In this document: positions 1-7,619 of the stretch, piece after piece
Position numbering within the stretch: the stretch's first letter is position 1
Layout of the letters: each line of letters starts with the position of its first letter
DNA from: an uncultured Eubacteriales bacterium
Lineage (GTDB): Bacteria > Bacillota > Clostridia > Oscillospirales > UBA644
Assembly: GCA_934481505.1 (NCBI GenBank)
Contig: CAKSPP010000001.1
Span: 1-36,969, forward strand
Reading direction: 5' to 3'
DNA: 36,969 bases
Position numbers and translations under genes: made by a program
Notes under the pieces: generated by a model
What the model saw: only the letters and a program-made list of their open reading frames with translations
The model's database searches: none
What the model was told of the DNA's origin: nothing

Positions 1-116
1 GCTGATAACTTTGTCGGAAACACTTATTTCGGGTAAAACCCCCGAATTATATTCCGACGGGCCTTGCAGCAAGGCGGAAATTCTGAAAAACAACTGGTAT
101 AAATAACGGAGATTAT

Positions 117-956
117 ATGAATACGGACGCTGTTATTCTCGAAAAACTGAAAAAAGTCGAGCTTGATATTCTGCGGCAGTTTATCGATGTCTGCGAAAAG
201 CTCGGGCTTAAATGGTTCATGCTTTACGGAAGCTGTCTCGGAACGGTTCGTCATCACGGCTTTATCCCGTGGGACGACGATATCGATGTCGGGCTTATGC
301 GTGACGACTATGAGATTTTTCTTGAAAAAGCTCCGTCGCTCTTACCCGAAAACTACTTTTTGCAGAACGCTAAAACCGACCCCGATTATTCGATGAATTT
401 CGCGAAAATCAGGCGTTCGGATACTGCTTTTATCGAAAAAACCGTCAAGAATTTCAATATAAATCACGGTATATATATCGATATTTTCCCGATAACAGAA
501 TACCGTCCGTCGAAAATTTTCGATATAAAATCAAAGTTCTACGACCTCTGTATCGACAAGGCGTATAATTACGAAAACAGGGGCAGCCTTCCCAAAAGAG
601 CGGTGAAAGGCTTTTTAGGTTCTTTCATAAAAAACTACCGCGTCGCAAGGGATAAAAAGGAAAAGTTTTTCCGTAAATCCGAAAGAAAAGGCACGGGAAT
701 TGTCGCTACTTTCTGCGGATTTTGGGGAAAAGGCGAAAATATGCCGAAAGAAATTTTCGATACCGTCGAAAAAATGCCTTTTGAAAATCTTGAAGTCAAC
801 GTCCCGGGCAAATGGGACGAATATCTAACTCTTCTTTACGGCGACTATATGACCCTGCCGCCCGAAGAAAAAAGAGTGACGCACCACTACACCGAAATAA
901 TAGACCCCGAAAAGTCTTATAAAGAATATATCAAAGAAACGGAAGTACGGAAATGA
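117..956 (+). CDS. licD: LicD-family nucleotidyl/phosphotransferase (phosphocholine or polyol-phosphate transfer to glycans)
   Basis: The N-terminal block LKWFMLYGSCLGTVRHHGFIPWDDDIDVGL is the LicD-family signature, including the DxD. GGAG lies 6 nt upstream of the ATG. The stop overlaps the next start (ATGA at 953-956). Confidence 0.8.
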   Translation: MNTDAVILEKLKKVELDILRQFIDVCEKLGLKWFMLYGSCLGTVRHHGFIPWDDDIDVGLMRDDYEIFLEKAPSLLPENYFLQNAKTDPDYSMNFAKIRRSDTAFIEKTVKNFNINHGIYIDIFPITEYRPSKIFDIKSKFYDLCIDKAYNYENRGSLPKRAVKGFLGSFIKNYRVARDKKEKFFRKSERKGTGIVATFCGFWGKGENMPKEIFDTVEKMPFENLEVNVPGKWDEYLTLLYGDYMTLPPEEKRVTHHYTEIIDPEKSYKEYIKETEVRK

Positions 957-1996
957 GTTTATTTACAGGTAAAACTTTACTGATAACCGGCGGTACGGGT
1001 TCTTTCGGAAATGCGGTTCTCAATCGCTTTCTGCCGACCGATATCGGAGAAATAAGAATTTTTTCGCGTGACGAAAAGAAACAGGACGATATGCGTCACG
1101 ATTTTCAGACACGCTTTCCCGGACTTTCGGATAAAATAAAGTTTTATATCGGCGACGTAAGGGATATTGCGTCGGTTCGTAACGCTATGCACGGCGTCGA
1201 TTATATTTTCCATGCCGCAGCATTAAAACAGGTTCCCTCTTGTGAATTTTTCCCGATTGAAGCGGTAAAAACCAATATTTTAGGAACGGAAAATGTCCTC
1301 ACCGCAGCAATCGAAGAGGGTGTAAAAACCGTTGTCTGTCTGTCGACCGACAAGGCGGCATACCCGGTAAACGCGATGGGAACATCGAAAGCAATGATGG
1401 AAAAAGTCATTGTCGCGAAATCGAGAACCGTTTCTCCCGAAAAAACGAAAATCTGCTGCACCAGATACGGAAACGTCATGTGCTCCCGCGGTTCGGTTAT
1501 TCCTCTTTGGATAGATCAGATGAAAAAAGGCGAGCCGATAACGATTACCGACCCGAAAATGACAAGGTTTATAATGTCCCTCGAAGAGGCGGTCGACCTG
1601 GTGCTTTTCGCTTTCGAAAAGGGCGAATCGGGCGATATTCTCGTTCAGAAAGCACCCGCCTGCACCATTGAAACGCAGGCAAAAGCCGTCTGCCGTATTT
1701 TCGGAGGCGACGAAAACAATATCCGCGTTATCGGGATAAGACACGGCGAAAAAATGTATGAAACGCTCCTTACAAACGAGGAGTGTGCGTCTGCCGTCGA
1801 CCTCGGAAATTTCTACCGCGTTCCCTGCGACAAGCGAAGCCTTAACTATGACAAATATTTCAGCGACGGCAACACGAAACGCAACACTTTAACCGAATTC
1901 AATTCGAACAACACCCGTCTTCTCTCGGTCGAAGAGACGGTCGAAAAAATCGCCGCTCTCGACTATATCAAAGAAGAACTCGGTAAAAAAATATGA
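953..1996 (+). CDS. fnlA: UDP-N-acetylglucosamine 4,6-dehydratase/5-epimerase (CapE/FnlA/WbjB type)
   Basis: GKTLLITGGTGSFGNAVLNRFL...IRIFSRDEKKQDDM...HAAALKQVPSCEF.P.EAVKTN.LGTENV...LSTDKA..P.NAMG.SKAMMEK is almost motif-for-motif the S. aureus Cap5E/FnlA pattern as I recall it. ATGA overlaps on both sides. Confidence 0.85.
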   Translation: MSLFTGKTLLITGGTGSFGNAVLNRFLPTDIGEIRIFSRDEKKQDDMRHDFQTRFPGLSDKIKFYIGDVRDIASVRNAMHGVDYIFHAAALKQVPSCEFFPIEAVKTNILGTENVLTAAIEEGVKTVVCLSTDKAAYPVNAMGTSKAMMEKVIVAKSRTVSPEKTKICCTRYGNVMCSRGSVIPLWIDQMKKGEPITITDPKMTRFIMSLEEAVDLVLFAFEKGESGDILVQKAPACTIETQAKAVCRIFGGDENNIRVIGIRHGEKMYETLLTNEECASAVDLGNFYRVPCDKRSLNYDKYFSDGNTKRNTLTEFNSNNTRLLSVEETVEKIAALDYIKEELGKKI

Positions 1997-3156
1997 AAAT
2001 ACTTGTAACAGGCTCGTCGGGCTTTGTCGGAAAAAACCTGACCGCAGCCCTCGAAAACATTAAAAACGGAAAAGATCGAACCCGTCCGGGGCTTCATATC
2101 GAAGAGGTTTTTTACTGCGATGTCGACACCTCGGAAGAAGACCTTGAAAAATACTGCGACTCCGCGGATTTCGTCTTCAATCTCGCAGGAGTGAACCGCC
2201 CCGAAAAGACCGAAGATTTTCTTTCCGGAAATTTCGGATTTGCAAAAACGCTGCTTACTTTTCTCGAAAAGAACGCAAACAGCTGCCCCGTAATGCTTTC
2301 GTCGTCGGTTCACGCGGCAGGGGAAAGCGACTACGGAAAAAGCAAAAAAGCGGGCGAAGACCTGTTTTTTAGTTATTCAAACGAGACCGGTGCTCCCGTT
2401 TTTGTCTACCGTTTTCCGAACGTTTTCGGCAAATGGTGCCGCCCGAACTATAATTCGGTTATTGCGACTTTCTGCCATAATATCGCGAACGGGCTTGAAA
2501 TAAAGATAAACGACCCCAAAACCGAACTCGAACTTTTGTATATCGACGATCTTGTCTGCGAAATGCTCGATCTTCTTGAAGGAAAAGGGCATAAGGCTGA
2601 AAACGGGTTTATGTTCTGCCCCGTGACCCATAAGGCGACTCTCGGCTATATCGCCGAACTGCTGCGAAAATTTGTAAAGCAGGGGACTGTTGAACCTTTG
2701 TCCGACGGCTCTTTTGAAAAGAAACTTTTCTCGACTTTCGTTTCCTATCTTCCGCCCGAAAAAGCGGCATTCCCCCTTAAAATGAATAAAGACAGCCGCG
2801 GAAGTTTCACCGAAATAATAAAAACCGACGGCTGCGGACAGTTTTCGGTCAATGTTTCAAACCCCGGAATAACCAAGGGCGAACATTGGCACCATTCGAA
2901 ATGGGAAATCTTCGTCGTCGTTTCGGGAAAAGGGGTTATCAGACAGCGGAGACTGGGCGATGGCAAAATTTTCGAATATCCCGTTTCGGGGGACGAAATG
3001 ACCGCCGTAAGACTGCTTCCGGGATATACTCACAACATCGAAAATTTAAGCGACACCGAACCTCTCGTCACATTTATGTGGGCAAACGAGAATTTCGACC
3101 CGTCGCACCCCGATACATATTCTGAAAAAGTGGAGGAAAAGCTCGATGAAACTTGA
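1993..3156 (+). CDS. fnlB: CapF/FnlB-like bifunctional reductase/epimerase (N-terminal SDR plus C-terminal cupin)
   Basis: N-terminal Rossmann motif MKILVTGSSGFVGKNL. The C-terminal cupin-like segment GEHWHHSKWEIFVVVSGKG sits between CapE-like and CapG-like genes. It is 387 aa, similar in length to CapF. Confidence 0.72.
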   Translation: MKILVTGSSGFVGKNLTAALENIKNGKDRTRPGLHIEEVFYCDVDTSEEDLEKYCDSADFVFNLAGVNRPEKTEDFLSGNFGFAKTLLTFLEKNANSCPVMLSSSVHAAGESDYGKSKKAGEDLFFSYSNETGAPVFVYRFPNVFGKWCRPNYNSVIATFCHNIANGLEIKINDPKTELELLYIDDLVCEMLDLLEGKGHKAENGFMFCPVTHKATLGYIAELLRKFVKQGTVEPLSDGSFEKKLFSTFVSYLPPEKAAFPLKMNKDSRGSFTEIIKTDGCGQFSVNVSNPGITKGEHWHHSKWEIFVVVSGKGVIRQRRLGDGKIFEYPVSGDEMTAVRLLPGYTHNIENLSDTEPLVTFMWANENFDPSHPDTYSEKVEEKLDET

Positions 3157-4327
3157 TTATTCCGATATAAAATTCAAAAACGACGGCAGACTCAAACTGC
3201 TTATCGTCGTCGGAACCCGCCCGGAAATAATAAGGCTTGCCGCAGTCATAAAAAAATGCAGGAAGTATTTCGACTGCCTGCTTGCCCATACCGGTCAGAA
3301 TTACGATTATAACCTGAACGGCGTGTTTTTCAAGGATTTGAAACTCGACTCTCCCGAAGTCTATATGGACGCCGTGGGCGACGACCTCGGGGCGACTGTC
3401 GGGAATATTATAAACTGTTCGTATAAGCTTATTTCGGAAATTCCTCCCGATGCAATGCTCGTCCTCGGGGATACTAATTCCTGCCTTTCGGCAATCTCCG
3501 CAAAGCGGCTTCATGTCCCCGTTTTCCATATGGAAGCAGGCAATCGCTGCAAGGACGAATGTCTGCCCGAAGAAACGAACCGCAGAATTGTCGATATTAT
3601 TTCCGATGTCAATATGGCGTATTCCGAACACGCCCGCAGATATCTTGCCGATTGCGGTCTTCCGCCCGAAAGAACCTTTGTCACAGGCTCCCCGATGGCG
3701 GAAGTTTTAAGGGAAAACCTCGCGGAAATCGAAAAATCCGATGTACTAAAAAGGCTCGGACTCGAAAAGAAAAAATATATTCTCCTGTCGGCTCACAGAG
3801 AGGAAAATATCGATACCGAAAAGAATTTTTTGTCGCTTTTCAACGGGATAAATGCCGTCGCCGAAAAATACGATATGCCGGTGCTTTATTCCTGCCATCC
3901 GCGTTCGAAAAAACGCCTCGACGCAACGGGATTTAAGCTTGACAGCAGAGTTATAATGCACGAACCCCTCGGCTTCCACGATTATAACAACCTGCAAATG
4001 AACGCCTTTGCCGTCATTTCCGACAGCGGAACTTTACCGGAAGAGTCGAGCTTTTACACTTCGATAGGAAAGCCTTTCCCCGCGATCTGTATAAGAACCT
4101 CGACCGAAAGACCCGAAGCCGTCGATAAAGGACTTTTCGTCCTTGCCGGAATTTCCGGTAACGGACTTATCGGAGCTGTCGAAACTGCGGTATCAATGCA
4201 GGAAAACGGAGATTTCGGAATTCCCGTTCCCGACTACACCGACGAAAACGTTTCGACCAAGGTTGTGAAGATAATTCAAAGCTATACCGGAATTGTCAAC
4301 CGTAACGTGTGGAGAAAAGATATATAA
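3146..4327 (+). CDS. fnlC: UDP-N-acetylglucosamine (UDP-2-acetamido-2,6-dideoxy-L-talose) 2-epimerase, non-hydrolysing (CapG/FnlC/WecB family)
   Basis: LKLLIVVGTRPEIIRL, HTGQNYD, HMEAGNRC...PEE.NR and SDSG are typical of the WecB-family 2-epimerase fold. There is an 11-nt overlap with the previous gene. Confidence 0.85.
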   Translation: MKLDYSDIKFKNDGRLKLLIVVGTRPEIIRLAAVIKKCRKYFDCLLAHTGQNYDYNLNGVFFKDLKLDSPEVYMDAVGDDLGATVGNIINCSYKLISEIPPDAMLVLGDTNSCLSAISAKRLHVPVFHMEAGNRCKDECLPEETNRRIVDIISDVNMAYSEHARRYLADCGLPPERTFVTGSPMAEVLRENLAEIEKSDVLKRLGLEKKKYILLSAHREENIDTEKNFLSLFNGINAVAEKYDMPVLYSCHPRSKKRLDATGFKLDSRVIMHEPLGFHDYNNLQMNAFAVISDSGTLPEESSFYTSIGKPFPAICIRTSTERPEAVDKGLFVLAGISGNGLIGAVETAVSMQENGDFGIPVPDYTDENVSTKVVKIIQSYTGIVNRNVWRKDI

Positions 4328-4364
4328 AAAAATTGAGGGATTGTGAAAACAATCCCTCTTTCTT
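4328..4364. terminator. Bidirectional intrinsic terminator between the convergent fnlC-like and HMA genes
   Basis: Hairpin GAGGGATTG-tgaaaa-CAATCCCTC (4335-4358). It is followed by TTTCTT on the + strand and by AATTTTTTT on the - strand. Confidence 0.7.
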
Positions 4365-4611
4365 ATCTTCCGAAAAGTCCTTTTTTTATGTACTCTTCGC
4401 TTTTTATATCGGTTACGGTGTATCCCGTATCGGTTATTGTCTGACGGAGCTTTTCTTCGTCGAGCTTGTCCTCCGAAACGATTTCCGTAAACTTCTTCTT
4501 GTGGGAAGATTTAACCGATTTTATGTTGAAATTTCTGCGGATGGCGTCGTTTATATGCGATTCGCACATCCCGCAAGCCATTCCCTCAACCGAAAGCGTT
4601 GTTTTTATCAT
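4363..4611 (-). CDS. Heavy-metal-associated (HMA) domain protein, CopZ-like metallochaperone
   Basis: MIKTTLSVEGMACGMCESHI carries the GMxCxxC metal-binding loop at the expected position of a ferredoxin-like HMA fold. AAGGAGG lies 9 nt upstream of the ATG. It is 82 aa, with a short C-terminal extension relative to ~70-aa CopZ. Confidence 0.85.
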   Translation of the reverse strand: MIKTTLSVEGMACGMCESHINDAIRRNFNIKSVKSSHKKKFTEIVSEDKLDEEKLRQTITDTGYTVTDIKSEEYIKKGLFGR

Positions 4612-4638
4612 TTTTCTTTACCTCCTTCTTCCGCCCTT

Positions 4639-4667
4639 ATTTTATATCCGAAAAAACCGTTTGTCAA
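4639..4667 (-). promoter_or_regulatory. Putative sigma-A promoter of the HMA gene
   Basis: On the minus strand, TTGACA-N17-TAAAAT ends about 25 nt upstream of the ATG. I did not see a CsoR-like palindrome here. Confidence 0.45.
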
Positions 4668-4717
4668 GGGAATTTTTTTATATAGTTTGAACTTTTTGAA
4701 AAAACTCGCCGAAATCC

Positions 4718-4748
4718 TTGACTCTATAACGGTTATAGGGTTTAATAT
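4718..4748 (+). promoter_or_regulatory. Putative MerR-type promoter/operator of the MATE-MerR-GNAT operon
   Basis: TTGACT (4718-4723) is followed by a 21-bp near-perfect palindrome ACTCTATAAC-G-GTTATAGGGT (4721-4741, 1 mismatch). That palindrome fills the spacer. The -10 can be read as TAATAT with a 19-bp spacer (MerR-like) or TTTAAT with a 17-bp spacer. Confidence 0.55.
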
Positions 4749-4787
4749 TATAGAATAAGGAGGGCGGCTTTTGCCGCGGAAAGAAAA

Positions 4788-6128
4788 ATGACAAACGATC
4801 TTACTTCGGGCAGCGTTCTTAAAAATATGCTGCGTTTTTCGCTTCCGTATCTGCTTTCTTTTTTCTTGCAGACGCTTTACGGAATGGCGGATTTATTCAT
4901 AATAGGACAGTTCGAGAAGGTTGCGGCGACGACCGCGGTTTCGGTCGGCAGCCAGATAATGCATATGCTCACCGTTATGATTGTCGGGCTCGCGATGGGA
5001 GCAACCGTCACGATAGGCAGATATGTCGGTGCAAAGGACGGCAAGTCGGTTTCCGAAAGTATCGGCAATACCGTAACTCTCTTTATGAGCTTGTCGGTTG
5101 TTCTTACTGCGGTTTTGCTTATCTGCAACAGCGGTATCGTTTCGGTTATGCAGACGCCTGCCGAGGCGGTCGACGGCACGAAAGCATATCTCACTGTCTG
5201 CTTTATCGGAATACCGTTTATCACGGCTTACAATATTATAAGTTCGATTTTCAGAGGACTCGGCGACAGCAAAAGCCCGATGTATTTTATCGCGATTGCC
5301 TGTGCGGCGAATATCGGACTTGACTATCTGTTTATCGGTGCTTTTTCTTTGGGCCCCGTCGGTGCGGCTCTCGGAACTACGGTTTCCCAGGCGATAAGCG
5401 TTGTTATTTCCCTTGTTTTTATTTTGAAAAAGAAGACAGATTTTTCGCTTGAAAAAGAAGATTTCCGCCCGAAAAAGAAGAATATGGGCGAAATTCTGAA
5501 AATCGGAATTCCCGTCTGTCTGCAAGACGGATTTATCCAGATTTCCTTTATTATAATCACGATTATCGCAAATCTCCGCGGACTTACCGACGCTGCGGCG
5601 GTGGGAATCGTCGAAAAGATAATCGGTTTTGTTTTCCTTGTTCCGTCGTCTCTTCTCTCGACCGTTTCGGCGTTCGGAGCTCAAAATATCGGGGCAAACC
5701 GCTATGACAGGGCAAAACTTTCTCTTAAATATGCGATATTCATTGCGACGGGCTTCGGGCTTTGTATGGCGGTTCTCGTTCAGTTTATTGCCGAACCTCT
5801 GGTCGGACTTTTCACGCCCGACGCTGCGGTCGCCGTCGCGGGAGGACCGTATCTCCGCGGCTATATTTTAGACTGCATGCTCGCCGGAATTCATTTCAGT
5901 TTCAGCGGCTATTTCTGTGCTTGCGGAAAATCGGGACTGTCGTTTCTTCATAACGTTATCGCAATCGTCGTCGCAAGGGTTCCGGGAGCTTACTTAATGT
6001 CTAAAATGTTCCCCGAAACACTTTTCCCGATGGGTCTTGCGACCGCCGTCGGTTCGCTTGTTTCGGTTATCGTCTGCGTGATAGCCTACTTTGCGTGCTG
6101 CCGCAAAACGGAGGTTTCGAATGGATAA
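4788..6128 (+). CDS. MATE-family multidrug/toxic-compound efflux transporter
   Basis: 446 aa and about 12 predicted TM helices. The N-terminal LRFSLPYLLSFFLQTLYGMADLFIIGQ and the mid-protein FRGLGDSKSPMYF are typical MATE (MatE repeat) motifs. Confidence 0.9.
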   Translation: MTNDLTSGSVLKNMLRFSLPYLLSFFLQTLYGMADLFIIGQFEKVAATTAVSVGSQIMHMLTVMIVGLAMGATVTIGRYVGAKDGKSVSESIGNTVTLFMSLSVVLTAVLLICNSGIVSVMQTPAEAVDGTKAYLTVCFIGIPFITAYNIISSIFRGLGDSKSPMYFIAIACAANIGLDYLFIGAFSLGPVGAALGTTVSQAISVVISLVFILKKKTDFSLEKEDFRPKKKNMGEILKIGIPVCLQDGFIQISFIIITIIANLRGLTDAAAVGIVEKIIGFVFLVPSSLLSTVSAFGAQNIGANRYDRAKLSLKYAIFIATGFGLCMAVLVQFIAEPLVGLFTPDAAVAVAGGPYLRGYILDCMLAGIHFSFSGYFCACGKSGLSFLHNVIAIVVARVPGAYLMSKMFPETLFPMGLATAVGSLVSVIVCVIAYFACCRKTEVSNG

Positions 6129-6963
6129 AAACGAACTGTTTTCGATAGGCGACGTTGCGAAAATGTATAATTTAAGCGTCGGAAGTCTTCGGCATTACGA
6201 AACCGCAGGACTGCTTACTCCCGAATATACCGATCCCGAAACGGGATATCGATATTACGGACCGCGGCAGTTTGAGGTGCTTAACACGATATGTTATCTT
6301 CGCGTTCTCGATATGCCGCTTTCGAAAATTTCGGAATTCATAAACAACAGAGACGTCGAAACGATTGAAAAAATGCTTGAAGAGCAGAAAAAAGAGGTCG
6401 TCAAAAAACGGCTCGAACTTGAAAGAATAGAGCGGAAAATCGACAACCGCCTGCGGCAGATAAAGGACGCTTCGACCTCGGAAACCGACAAGATAACAGA
6501 AGTGAAAATTCCGCAAATGCGGATATCTTCAATGCGTGAAAAATTGCAGCCGAAAGGCTATCTTGATATGGAAAAACCTATCCGCAGCCTCGGCAAAAAG
6601 CAGGAAGAAGCGACCGTTTTTCTGGGAAAAGTCGGCATAGGAATTTCCGCCGAAAAATTAAAAAAAGGCAATTTTGACGAATACGACCGTATTTTTCTTA
6701 TCCTCGACGACGAGGAAAAAGGCTGCGACGTGACCACTCTTCCCGAAACAGACGTCGTTTGCATAAGGTTTCACGGAAGCCACGCAGATTCTCCGTCGGA
6801 ATATAAAAAGCTTATGACTTATATTTCGGAAAACGGGCTTGAAGCGGCGGATTTTTCAAGAGAAATAACGATAATCGACGACGGTTTCACAAAAGACCGC
6901 GATAAGTTTATAACAGAAATAACGATTCCCGTGAGGAGAAAAAATGGAAATCAAAGTAAGTGA
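6121..6963 (+). CDS. MerR-family transcriptional regulator with C-terminal GyrI-like effector-binding domain (BmrR-like)
   Basis: MDKNELFSIGDVAKMYNLSVGSLRHYETAGLL is the MerR winged-HTH. It is followed by a coiled-coil (EEQKKEVVKKRLELERIERKI) and a ~150-aa GyrI-like C-terminus. The start was trimmed from the ORF-track 6091 to the ATG at 6121, giving an 8-nt overlap with the MATE stop. Confidence 0.85.
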   Translation: MDKNELFSIGDVAKMYNLSVGSLRHYETAGLLTPEYTDPETGYRYYGPRQFEVLNTICYLRVLDMPLSKISEFINNRDVETIEKMLEEQKKEVVKKRLELERIERKIDNRLRQIKDASTSETDKITEVKIPQMRISSMREKLQPKGYLDMEKPIRSLGKKQEEATVFLGKVGIGISAEKLKKGNFDEYDRIFLILDDEEKGCDVTTLPETDVVCIRFHGSHADSPSEYKKLMTYISENGLEAADFSREITIIDDGFTKDRDKFITEITIPVRRKNGNQSK

Positions 6964-7429
6964 ATATACGGCGGCAGACGTTGCGAAAATGGCTGAAATC
7001 TGGAATGAAGTAGTCGAAGACGGCGTTGCGTTTCCGCAGACCGAACCTCTTACCGAAGAGACCGCCGCGAAATTTTTTGCCGAACAGACCTACTGCGGCG
7101 TTGCAAAAAAGGACGGGGAAACCGTCGGACTTTATATTTTGCACCCGAACAATATCGGTCGCTGCGGACATATTTCAAACGCAAGTTTTGCCGTTTCTCG
7201 AAATGCAAGAGGACTTCACGCAGGCGAAACGCTTGTCCGCGACTGCATAAAAACCGCCAAGGAAAAAGGGTTCAGGCTTCTGCAATTCAACGCCGTTGTC
7301 GAAACAAATGTTGCGGCACGCCGCCTTTATAAAAAGATAGGCTTTACCGAGCTCGGGACTATCCCCGGCGGCTTTCTCGATAAAAACGGGAAATACGAAA
7401 ATATCTGCCTTTATTATATTGAACTGTAA
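6944..7429 (+). CDS. GNAT-family N-acetyltransferase
   Basis: 161 aa. The acetyl-CoA-binding region RNARGLHAGETLVRDCIKTAKEKGFRLLQFNAVVETNVAARRLYKKIGF matches the GNAT motif A/B pattern (Q/RxxGxG/A). There is a 20-nt overlap with the MerR gene. Confidence 0.8.
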   Translation: MEIKVSEYTAADVAKMAEIWNEVVEDGVAFPQTEPLTEETAAKFFAEQTYCGVAKKDGETVGLYILHPNNIGRCGHISNASFAVSRNARGLHAGETLVRDCIKTAKEKGFRLLQFNAVVETNVAARRLYKKIGFTELGTIPGGFLDKNGKYENICLYYIEL

Positions 7430-7456
7430 AAAAAAGAGCCTTTCGGCTCTTTTTTC
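7430..7456. terminator. Bidirectional intrinsic terminator
   Basis: AAAAGAGCC-tttc-GGCTCTTTT (7432-7453), flanked by A-run and T-run. It serves the convergent GNAT gene (+) and the ATPase/small-ORF unit (-). Confidence 0.8.
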
Positions 7457-7619
7457 ATATAAACATAAGTATTAAGCAGGCAACAAAAACAACGGCTCCG
7501 ACGGCGGTCATAATACCGTATATCTTTTTTGATTCGGGGTCGTTTTTCTCTTTTATAAGAAGCCCTGCCGAAACCGCGGCGATCGCCGCACCTATTATCA
7601 TTCCTGTTATTTTAATCAT
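7455..7619 (-). CDS. Unannotated 54-aa two-helix membrane protein, translationally coupled to the P-type ATPase
   Basis: It falls below the ORF-track length cutoff. My translation is [54 protein letters not shown]. Its ATG overlaps the ATPase TGA (ATGA at 7616-7619) and its stop lies inside the terminator T-run. It has two hydrophobic helices joined by a charged loop. Confidence 0.5.
   Translation of the reverse strand: MIKITGMIIGAAIAAVSAGLLIKEKNDPESKKIYGIMTAVGAVVFVACLILMFI

Noticed and set aside
1-36. A possible 3' end of an upstream CDS (frame 1 reads ...ADNFVGNTYFG then a stop at 34-36).
   Set aside because: Only 11 codons are visible, which is not enough to support a call.
4749-4787. 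A possible riboswitch or leader upstream of the MATE gene; MATE and other efflux genes are sometimes riboswitch-controlled. There is also a small GCGGC-tttt-GCCGC hairpin.
   Set aside because: Only about 40 nt lie between the -10 and the ATG, which is too short for a known aptamer. The 5-bp hairpin has no T-run and no conserved motif that I recognise.
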